A stretch of DNA of 35,992 nt from Methanomicrobiales archaeon (lineage in GTDB: Archaea > Halobacteriota > Methanomicrobia > Methanomicrobiales > Methanomicrobiaceae). The stretch lies in NCBI GenBank assembly GCA_012523385.1, contig JAAYIO010000034.1:1-35992 (forward strand), in the 5' to 3' direction. Shown piece by piece: positions 28,528-35,992 of this stretch. The notes below the pieces were generated by a model. The model did not search any database and was not told where the DNA came from. It worked only from the letters and a program-made list of their open reading frames with translations. Position 1 is the stretch's first letter; each line of letters opens with the position of its first letter. Position numbers and translations under genes: made by a program.

Positions 28528-28937
28528 TACTTCACACCTTTCCATAGACCTACTGCACCCTGAACGCATTCAAGGGCAGATTTTATCACTTCGTGTTCAG
28601 CAGGCTCAACAGTGACAATGAATCCGCTGTACTGCGGTTCTCCGGTGGACTGGGTAATAGGAGGGACAATCTGATTTGCCCATACTCCTTGGCGGATGTG
28701 ACAAAGACCGGGGTAGCATGTCTGTCGTGGCTCTACAGCCTTCACGATGACAGTACCAAATTCGCTTGTTACACGAACATTTGTATTTGCCAAAATCCCC
28801 AGTTTCTTCATATCCTTGGGATTCATTTCAATGATTGAGCATGCCTCAAAGTATTGTGGAGACGTTTTCCCGATCTCCATTGCGATTCCTTCTTCAATGG
28901 ATCGCTGGGTAATCATGTTTAACTCAATTTTCGCCAT
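28527..28937 (-). CDS. fwdD: Formylmethanofuran dehydrogenase subunit D
   Basis: Molybdopterin-dinucleotide-binding domain features: IEMNPKDM, VRVTSEFGTVIV, GVWAN and TQSTGEP. Confidence 0.92.
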   Translation of the reverse strand: MAKIELNMITQRSIEEGIAMEIGKTSPQYFEACSIIEMNPKDMKKLGILANTNVRVTSEFGTVIVKAVEPRQTCYPGLCHIRQGVWANQIVPPITQSTGEPQYSGFIVTVEPAEHEVIKSALECVQGAVGLWKGVK

Positions 28938-28951
28938 AGCACAATCCTCAC

Positions 28952-29371
28952 TCAGCGCTTGTTCAATGGGCTCGGACCCAATTCGTTAACGGTTTTCACA
29001 ACATCCACCATGACCTCTCCCCACTTTGCACCCTCAGATGCAGAGACGAAGGTCATTCTCAGACGGTTGTCATTAAGACCGATATTCTTTAGAATGTTCT
29101 TTACGAGGAACATACGCTTTGCGCACTTGTAATTGCCTTCCAGGTAGTGACAGTCACCAAAGTGGCACCCTGAGATCAGCATACCGTCTGCACCATCCTG
29201 AAACGCCTTCATGATAAAGAGCGGATCAACACGGCCTGTGCACATCACACGGATGGCACGGACATCAGGCGGATACTGAATACGGGCACCACCGGCAAGG
29301 TCTGCTCCTGCGTACGAACACCAGTTACAGATGATTGCAATAATTTTTGGTTTCCAGTTCTCATCTGTCAT
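28952..29371 (-). CDS. mvhD: [2Fe-2S] Hdr-associated subunit MvhD
   Basis: CNWCSYAGADLAG, RVMCTGRVDP, GCHFGDCHY and SASEG. Confidence 0.95.
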   Translation of the reverse strand: MTDENWKPKIIAIICNWCSYAGADLAGGARIQYPPDVRAIRVMCTGRVDPLFIMKAFQDGADGMLISGCHFGDCHYLEGNYKCAKRMFLVKNILKNIGLNDNRLRMTFVSASEGAKWGEVMVDVVKTVNELGPSPLNKR

Positions 29372-31407
29372 TAGTTAACCCCTCCCTTGAGAAGGAACGC
29401 ATCTATCTGAGCACAGATCTGTGGTGATGTGAAGTGCTGCATCTTAATTGCACCGCCAGGACAGAAGCCTCCGCAGGTACCGCAACCCTTACACTTTGCC
29501 TCAGTAACTTCCATCACAGTACGACCATTCTTCTCGATAAGATCGAGTGCACCGTACGGACACTGGTTAAGACACATTCCACACCCTGCACAAAGATCCT
29601 CCATACACATTGCAAAGTACGGCTCGAGCTGCACTTCTCCCATGTGGATTGGAATCGATGCTGCAGATGCTGCACCCTCTGCCTGTGCGACCGTGTCAGG
29701 AATATCCTTTGGACCCTGACAGACACCAGCGAGGTAGATACCTGCAGTGGTGGTTCCACATGGATTCAGTTTCGGGTGAGCCTCAAGCAACCAGCCATCC
29801 TGTGACTTAGATACACCGAACATCTGGCGGATGTGCTCAGCTTCAGGCTTCGGCTGAACTGCTGCTGCAAGAACGACCATGTCCATCTCCATTGCAACAG
29901 GCCTTCCGAGAAGGGTGTCTTCGGTGTTGACAATGAGATTCTTTGTGATCGGATCTTCCAGAATGTTTGCTACCCGGCCACGGATGAACTTTGCACCCTC
30001 ATTCTGAATGCGGTAGTAGAACTCCTCGTACATCTTTCCAAAGGAACGAATATCCATATAGAAGAGGTAGGGCACTGCACCGGGGATCTTTTCCATGATC
30101 TGGTGAGCGTGCTTCAGCGAGTACATACAGCAGAAACGGGAACAATACGCTTTGTTCACGCCACCAGTGTTGTCACGGGAACCTGCACAGAGCACGAAAC
30201 CGATCTTCATCGGGGTCTTTCCATCGGACGGACGAATCAGGTGACCGACAGTAGGGCCGGATGCACAGATCAACCGCTCAAATTCAAGACCAGTAATGAC
30301 GTTGTCATACTGTTTGTATCCCCATTCTCTCTTCTCTTCGATGGGGATTAAATCGAACCCGATTGCAAGAATACAGGTACCGACTTTGATCTCTTCAAAG
30401 GTATCAACCGCTTCCAGGTCAATCGCATTCTTTTCAGAACCACATGCGTCAACACAGAGACCACACTTCACACAGGCGTCGAAGTCAATGGTGTACTGTA
30501 GCGGCATAACCTGCGCATGGTAGATGTAAATTGCCTTGCGTGGGGCCATTCCCATCTCAAATGGGTTCGGTTTGATAACCGGGCATACTGCGTCACAGTC
30601 ACCACAGCCATTACAACCGGTGCCAAGAATACCCGTTGCTGCAGCGCGTGCTGCTGCCTGGTCGGGGTCAAGAACACCCCGTGCTTTATGCCTGAGGGTG
30701 ATCGTAAAGTTCCCGATATACCCTTCTACTTTCTCAACTTCCGTGTAGGTTCTGAGCTCAATGAGTGGGTGACGTCCGACATCCACCATCTTTGGGGTCA
30801 GAATACACTGTGAACAGTCGAGTGTCGGGAAGGTCTTGTCCAGCTGGGACATGCGTCCACCAATGGTGGGGAGCTTCTCAACAAGGTAGGTCTTGATACC
30901 TGCATTTGCAAGGTCAAGTGCAGCCTGCATGCCACCAACACCCGCACCAAGGACAAGTGCCGCGTGTTCTACGGGCACACTCTTTGGCTGGAGGTCTTCA
31001 AGCATACGGGCCTTTGCGACAGCAATAAGAACCTGATCCTTTGCCTTCTCGGTTGCACCTTCCAGGTCGTGCATGTGAACCCAGGAGTTCTGGTCACGGA
31101 TGTTTGCCATCTCGAACCGGAACTGGTTCAGTCCGCCTTCCTGTGTTGCCATACGGAATGTAGGCTCATGGAGGCGCGGGGAACATGCTGCAACGACGAC
31201 GCCGTTCAGATTGTTTTCATTGATAGCATCGATGATCTTTGATTGTCCCGGAGTTGAACACATATACTGGTATTCATCTGCGATGACGACTCCATCGAGG
31301 GTCTTGGCGTAATTTTTGACCTCTTCAATATTGATAGATCCTGCGATGTTTGTCCCGCAGTGACAAAGAAATACACCGATTCGTGGTTCATTTTTTGTTT
31401 CAACCAT
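29371..31407 (-). CDS. hdrA: Heterodisulfide reductase subunit A (electron-bifurcating flavoprotein)
   Basis: CHCGTNI, ACSPRLHE, GAGVGG, QLDKTFPTLDCSQC, CAGSRD, CSRFCC, and inserted plus C-terminal ferredoxin motifs. ATG at 31407 preferred. Confidence 0.97.
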   Translation of the reverse strand: MVETKNEPRIGVFLCHCGTNIAGSINIEEVKNYAKTLDGVVIADEYQYMCSTPGQSKIIDAINENNLNGVVVAACSPRLHEPTFRMATQEGGLNQFRFEMANIRDQNSWVHMHDLEGATEKAKDQVLIAVAKARMLEDLQPKSVPVEHAALVLGAGVGGMQAALDLANAGIKTYLVEKLPTIGGRMSQLDKTFPTLDCSQCILTPKMVDVGRHPLIELRTYTEVEKVEGYIGNFTITLRHKARGVLDPDQAAARAAATGILGTGCNGCGDCDAVCPVIKPNPFEMGMAPRKAIYIYHAQVMPLQYTIDFDACVKCGLCVDACGSEKNAIDLEAVDTFEEIKVGTCILAIGFDLIPIEEKREWGYKQYDNVITGLEFERLICASGPTVGHLIRPSDGKTPMKIGFVLCAGSRDNTGGVNKAYCSRFCCMYSLKHAHQIMEKIPGAVPYLFYMDIRSFGKMYEEFYYRIQNEGAKFIRGRVANILEDPITKNLIVNTEDTLLGRPVAMEMDMVVLAAAVQPKPEAEHIRQMFGVSKSQDGWLLEAHPKLNPCGTTTAGIYLAGVCQGPKDIPDTVAQAEGAASAASIPIHMGEVQLEPYFAMCMEDLCAGCGMCLNQCPYGALDLIEKNGRTVMEVTEAKCKGCGTCGGFCPGGAIKMQHFTSPQICAQIDAFLLKGGVN

Positions 31408-31418
31408 TTTTTCACCTC

Positions 31419-32321
31419 TCAACGAATCTTCTCCAGGAACGGAGTACAGTCAATAGCATGCAGGTCGAGGGCAAGCTCCTGTGGAGTCATTCCCTGTGCA
31501 AGGCCGAGGAGTTCGTTGTAGTGAAGAACAGGGAGGCCGTATTTCTTGCCAAACTTCTCTTCTATTTCAACCTGACCACGGTCATACTGAAGCTGACAGA
31601 ACGGACAAACCTCGGTGAGTGCGTCTGCTCCGACTTCCTCAAGATTAATGAGTTTTTCATTCGTGATATCCAGCGAGTGGGTCAAATCATATCCACGGAC
31701 ACCACCACCGGCACCACAGCACTGCATTTTATTGCGGTACTGGACCGATTCTGCGCCCAGTGCTTCGATGAGTTCCTCAAACCACATGGGGTTATCTGTG
31801 TCACCGAAGTGGCGCTCTTTCTTTGGTTTGAGCAGATGGCAGCCATAGTGTGCTGCAATCTTTGTGCCGGTAAGGGGGCGGACTACGCTGTCACGAACCT
31901 TTTCAACACCACAGACCTTCTTGTCGTAGTAGAGCTCAATCAGGTGCCAGACATCAATGGAACCTTTAAATTCCATATCGACTTCTGCAAGCACTTCGTT
32001 GACACCGTCACGGAGTTCATCGTTGTGCTTAAGGATGTGATTTACTTCCCAGATGGACTTGTAACATCCGTTACAGATCAGGGTGATATCCATCTTCATT
32101 TCTTCTGCGAGCACGATGTTTCGTGCTGCAAGGGCATACCAGACCTTGAGGTCGATAGCACCAAATGCTCCCGGTGCGGGACAGCATCCTGCACCCTTCA
32201 AAGGCAGAAGTTCAATACCCAGTTTTGCGCTGGTTTTGATTGCTGCAGCTTCACACCCGGGATATCGGTTTGGAGCAATACAGCCAAGGAAGAACGCGTA
32301 CTGACGCATATTTCCGGCCAT
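31419..32321 (-). CDS. hdrB: Heterodisulfide reductase subunit B
   Basis: FLGCIAPNRYPG, CCPAPG, CNGC, HYGCH, CCGAGGGVR and CPFC (CCG domains). Confidence 0.97.
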   Translation of the reverse strand: MAGNMRQYAFFLGCIAPNRYPGCEAAAIKTSAKLGIELLPLKGAGCCPAPGAFGAIDLKVWYALAARNIVLAEEMKMDITLICNGCYKSIWEVNHILKHNDELRDGVNEVLAEVDMEFKGSIDVWHLIELYYDKKVCGVEKVRDSVVRPLTGTKIAAHYGCHLLKPKKERHFGDTDNPMWFEELIEALGAESVQYRNKMQCCGAGGGVRGYDLTHSLDITNEKLINLEEVGADALTEVCPFCQLQYDRGQVEIEEKFGKKYGLPVLHYNELLGLAQGMTPQELALDLHAIDCTPFLEKIR

Positions 32322-32906
32322 TTAGTGTTCCCCCTCAGAGAGAATGCGGTCTGCATTTTCTTTCATCTTATAGAAATCCATGATCTTCTGAATTCCCGGA
32401 ATAAATTCGGGATAACTGTGTGTCGTGGGCGGGTCTGCTGGCAGGCCAAGCTTTACCCGGGCTGCCCGGTTGACATCGTTATTTGGCACACCATGTCCGC
32501 TGTTATAGATCAACTGCACGGTCTTGAGGAAATTGCGTGGAACAATATCAAATTTGAACGCAAGGTTTCTCATTGCCATGATTACATCAGTTGGTGCAAG
32601 GTCACGCGGACAGCGGTCTGTACATGAGTAGCAGGTGGTACATAGCCACAGGTCCGGGTCGTTAAGGGCTTCTTTCTCGAGTCCGAGAACTCCCTTACGC
32701 ATGAAGAGACGAATCCGGTACGAACTGCGAGGTGCTGACGGACATGAACCTGTGCATGTTCCGCACTGGAAGCACATATTGGCAGCCGTACGGCTGATCT
32801 TCTTCACATCTTCGAGAAATTGAGGATTAGAATCATCAGTATAATAACTCGTATCTCTGAGTTTCTCTTCCAGTTCGGCATTGCCGTATTCTTTTACTTT
32901 TGCCAT
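32322..32906 (-). CDS. hdrC: Heterodisulfide reductase subunit C
   Basis: CFQCGTCTGSCP, WLCTTCYSCTDRCPR and GHGVP. Confidence 0.95.
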   Translation of the reverse strand: MAKVKEYGNAELEEKLRDTSYYTDDSNPQFLEDVKKISRTAANMCFQCGTCTGSCPSAPRSSYRIRLFMRKGVLGLEKEALNDPDLWLCTTCYSCTDRCPRDLAPTDVIMAMRNLAFKFDIVPRNFLKTVQLIYNSGHGVPNNDVNRAARVKLGLPADPPTTHSYPEFIPGIQKIMDFYKMKENADRILSEGEH

Positions 32907-32915
32907 ATCATTTCC

Positions 32916-34079
32916 TCACGCGGTTTCCATCATCTTGAGTTCAACCTCGTCCGGTGTAGACTCTTTTACTCTTGAGGTACGGGTATTACAGAGCTTGGCC
33001 TTGACCTTCAGGAAGAGATCGGTCTCCTTACCCTTCATACGGATATCCGTACGCGTCAGTGTGATAATGTCCTCTCCAGGGCATGCGTTCACACAGGCAC
33101 CACAGAATATACAAAGGTCTTTATTGACTGCAATAACCGGTTCAATCTCACCTTTCAAGTCCTTTGCAGGCTTAATGGAAGGAAGATAAATTGCATTTGC
33201 AGGACATACATCAACACAGGTGGAACACCCGGATGGGCATTTGTCTGCATTAAATTCGATGTCACCCGTGAATATTTTCTCAATCCGTATTGCCTCTTCA
33301 GGACAGTTGATTTCACACCAGGTGCAGGTACAGCACTCTTCTGAAACGATCTCGACCTTGCCTGGGAGTATAGCTGATTTAACAACGCGTTCAACGACGA
33401 TCGCATCTTCAGGACATGCCTCGACGCATATCTGACAGTTGTCACAGAGTTTCTCGTCCCAGACAACCTTGCCAACGACTGTACCGGTCTCTGCAGAGAA
33501 GGGTTTGCGCTTTACGGTAATTGCCGGGCAAATCTCTTCACAGATACCACAGCGAGTGCATTTCTCGTCGTCAACAGTGAAAGTGGTCTTTGAAACAAGT
33601 GCATTCTGTTTTTCCAGTCCACCCTCAACCGTTCCTTCAAAGAGAGGAACTTCACGGCTGATTGCATCACGGGGACAGACATCCTCGCAAATGGTACACC
33701 GGACGCACTTGTCCTGGTCAATCTCTGTGACCATGTCATATTGAGGGAACCCCTCATGTTCAACGATGGGAAGAGATTCTTCGCCATCAATCTTGAGAGT
33801 CAGGGAATTGAACGGGCACATAACAACACAGACACCACAATATGAGCATTTTTTCTCATCAATGTTAATCGGTTCTGCATAGTTAACTGCCCCACGACGG
33901 ACAGCACCTACAAGTCCAATTCTGATTGCTTCTTCTGGGCAGGCGTCTACACAGATTCCACAACCAGTGCATTTCTGTCCATCCAGAATCAGTTGGTTGA
34001 CGTTCTTGAGGAGCTTTTGCTCCATAATAACGTTTACGCCATCTCTCTTTTTGGAGAATTTAGGGAAAAATGTATCCAT
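32916..34079 (-). CDS. fwdF: Polyferredoxin subunit F of formylmethanofuran dehydrogenase
   Basis: Eight CxxCxxCxxxCP-type motifs. The likely start is MDTFFPK at 34079 (GAGGA upstream), not 34184. Confidence 0.9.
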   Translation of the reverse strand: MDTFFPKFSKKRDGVNVIMEQKLLKNVNQLILDGQKCTGCGICVDACPEEAIRIGLVGAVRRGAVNYAEPINIDEKKCSYCGVCVVMCPFNSLTLKIDGEESLPIVEHEGFPQYDMVTEIDQDKCVRCTICEDVCPRDAISREVPLFEGTVEGGLEKQNALVSKTTFTVDDEKCTRCGICEEICPAITVKRKPFSAETGTVVGKVVWDEKLCDNCQICVEACPEDAIVVERVVKSAILPGKVEIVSEECCTCTWCEINCPEEAIRIEKIFTGDIEFNADKCPSGCSTCVDVCPANAIYLPSIKPAKDLKGEIEPVIAVNKDLCIFCGACVNACPGEDIITLTRTDIRMKGKETDLFLKVKAKLCNTRTSRVKESTPDEVELKMMETA

Positions 34080-34087
34080 GTTTATCC

Positions 34088-34363
34088 TCACTCCAGTCCT
34101 ACTGCCAGGGATTTGTAGTTGGAATCCCACGGTCCAGCCAGCCGTATCACATCGAATGGACATGCCAGAACACATACGCCACACCCGGCGCAGAGTTCAT
34201 GATTTACATCGAGAACAACGGCCCTGCCATTCTTCACTTTGTAGATCTTTTCGTCAGTCACCGGATCCGTTACAGACAGTTCCAGTGCATTGACGGGACA
34301 TGCAACCACGCATGCGTTACAACCGGTACACCGCTCCATGTTAATATGCAATGCAAATGCCAT
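34088..34363 (-). CDS. fwdG: 2x[4Fe-4S] ferredoxin subunit G of formylmethanofuran dehydrogenase
   Basis: CTGCNACVVACPVN and CAGCGVCVLACP; first gene of the operon; ATG at 34363. Confidence 0.88.
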   Translation of the reverse strand: MAFALHINMERCTGCNACVVACPVNALELSVTDPVTDEKIYKVKNGRAVVLDVNHELCAGCGVCVLACPFDVIRLAGPWDSNYKSLAVGLE

Positions 34364-34772
34364 GATTTCACGCACCAGTATCGATCAAATCGATTAACAG
34401 GAAAGTTGTAGAAAAGAATAGATAAATGTATTGAAGAGGGACGTTTCCAAGAAAACGCAGGATAGCACTCCAATTCTATTAAATTTAGTTTAAATATAGG
34501 CAATATAAACATCAATTCATTGACAATTGGGCGAAACATCCACCGATAATAACCATTAACCCTTAAAGATCCATTATCGCACCCTGCAAAAAAAACGCCT
34601 CATTAATCACCAGGGAATCCACCACATAATGGAAATTACCCCCGTTATTCTCCATATTTATTGCACACAGTGAGGATTGAGATTCCCTCTTTTTGCATAC
34701 AAAAAATACCATACGCACACTGACATTTCAGTTCAGTAACCCTATTTTCAATGAAAGACCCTATATGATACC

Positions 34773-34955
34773 ATGGCAACTGAAGACCTGGCAAAGATAT
34801 TCCAAGAGGCAGGAATTGAAAATGAGATTACCTGCCCACAGGCATATGAGATTTCTGAGAAATATCATATATCAAAGATAGAGATTGCGCACTACTGCAA
34901 CAACCGGAACCCCCGGATCAAAATCAGGAGTTGCCAGTTGGGCTGTTTTAAATGA
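34773..34955 (+). CDS. Small four-cysteine protein with C-terminal CQLGCF motif, copy 2
   Basis: 60 aa; aligns end to end with 6968-7153 (TC..A.EI..KY.I....I.HYCN...IK.R.CQLGCF). Confidence 0.8.
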   Translation: MATEDLAKIFQEAGIENEITCPQAYEISEKYHISKIEIAHYCNNRNPRIKIRSCQLGCFK

Positions 34956-35596
34956 ACATTTTTCCGGAGGCGGTATGTATCGCCGAAGTGAAGTACATTT
35001 TCTGAAGATTGCTTTGCATACATTACAATAAAGGATATTGACCACTCAAGCATTCAAAAGATTACTCTCACAACCCATTGTTGCAGAAATGACGTTCCAG
35101 ATTTCTTCCCTACCATGGCGGACAGACTCTCTCTTTTGTGTATTCGACATCTCAATACAGGAGCTCGGCCTGCAATGCTTAGCATACCGGTCAGGATGAT
35201 GGCAGGCAGTCACCGACAAACTGACACGATCATACCCGATAATCCAAACGCCGGGGTCAGAGGACACTATGCTAAATGGTGAAATTGAGTGCACCTTTGT
35301 GCAACAGCCCTTTGGGGATCGCCGTTCTTTCAATCTCATTTAATAATTAGACAGATACGACACCATTCCATCGTGCAAAATTGACACTTTTGTCATTTTT
35401 AAAAGAAGGTTTTGTAAAAATAATGCCGAAATCCATTTATTTTATCAATTTATGCAAGATATAACAATTTAAAAAGCATCTGCTATCATGTCGGCGCATC
35501 CCGGCAACTCATTCTCAGGCGGGGAATAATTACGAAAAAGAAAGATTATAGTAACAAGGTGCACCACATATCTGATTAGTATCGAGAGGTTTAGTA

Positions 35597-35992
35597 ATGG
35601 AATTAAACGGCGTTTTTATCGAAGATGAGTATGCAGAAGCATTCCCGAACTGGGCATGCCGTGTCATTATCACCGCAATCAATGAGAAATGGGCAATGAA
35701 TGCAGCAACTGAGGCAACCGGATTTGCAACATCGGCCATCGGATGCCCCTGCGAAGCAGGTATCGAGCGGATTCTCTCTCCTCAAGAGACACCTGACGGA
35801 CGCCCCGGCGTTGCCATCCTGATCTTTACCGGCGGCAAGAAGAAGCTGAAAGAACAAGTTGTTGAGCGACTCGCAGAGTGTGTCCTCACCGCACCCACCA
35901 CCGCAGTCTTTGACGGCATGCCTGAGGCTGAAGAACGCATTGATGTCAAACTCCACTTCTTCGGGGACAAATTTGAGCACAAGGTGGAAGTA
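35597..35992 (+). CDS. ftr: Formylmethanofuran:tetrahydromethanopterin formyltransferase, 5' part (runs off the window)
   Basis: Not in the ORF track. GAGGT RBS then MELNGVFIEDEYAEAF...ATGFATSAIGCPCEAGIE...TPDGRPG...CVLTAPTTAVFD. Confidence 0.93.
   Translation, partial: MELNGVFIEDEYAEAFPNWACRVIITAINEKWAMNAATEATGFATSAIGCPCEAGIERILSPQETPDGRPGVAILIFTGGKKKLKEQVVERLAECVLTAPTTAVFDGMPEAEERIDVKLHFFGDKFEHKVEV

Noticed and set aside
30620-30680. Ala-rich stretch DQAAARAAATG in HdrA as a possible repeat or insertion element
   Set aside because: A short in-frame loop before the inserted ferredoxin domain; no intein or repeat signature.
31350-32627. 425-aa antisense ORF spanning hdrB/hdrC
   Set aside because: hdrC and hdrB abut in the same frame register, so a codon-bias shadow frame stays open across both; TTG start and no motifs.
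35046-35339. 97-aa minus-strand ORF between the small Cys gene and ftr
   Set aside because: It occupies free space but has no RBS, motif or paralog that I can recognise; left uncalled pending a homology search.
1-35992. CRISPR arrays, tRNA/rRNA, IS elements and integrases
   Set aside because: No regularly spaced repeats, cloverleaf, terminal inverted repeats or transposase/integrase motifs were seen by eye.

Overview
A 36-kb C1/energy-metabolism locus of a hydrogenotrophic methanogen. Gene content and order (fwdG-fwdF-hdrC-hdrB-hdrA-mvhD-fwdD-fwdB-fwdA-fwdC without mvhA/G, F420-type fdhAB, ftr) point to Methanomicrobiales (inference). From left to right: the 3' end of an HD-domain gene; a minus-strand Mo/W block (fwdD-fwdB fusion, a 61-aa Cys protein, two moeA genes, modA, a trmO/tsaA-like gene, modB, modC); and a divergent eight-gene accessory operon (membrane-anchored surface protein, family-5 solute-binding protein with an N-terminal dockerin/EF-hand-like module, DppBCDF-type ABC importer, THEP1-like NTPase, radical SAM enzyme fused to part of a BtuF-like binding protein). 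These are followed by a decayed fdhAB copy directly upstream of an intact fdhAB, the convergent hdr/fwd operon, a second copy of the small Cys protein, and the 5' end of ftr. The best candidate for an undescribed system is the 9329-18195 operon. It appears to tether an anchorless binding protein through a cohesin/dockerin-like pair and to couple import to an uncharacterised radical SAM/NTPase step. All family calls come from motif recognition by eye; no searches were run. No rRNA, tRNA, CRISPR array or mobile element was recognised.
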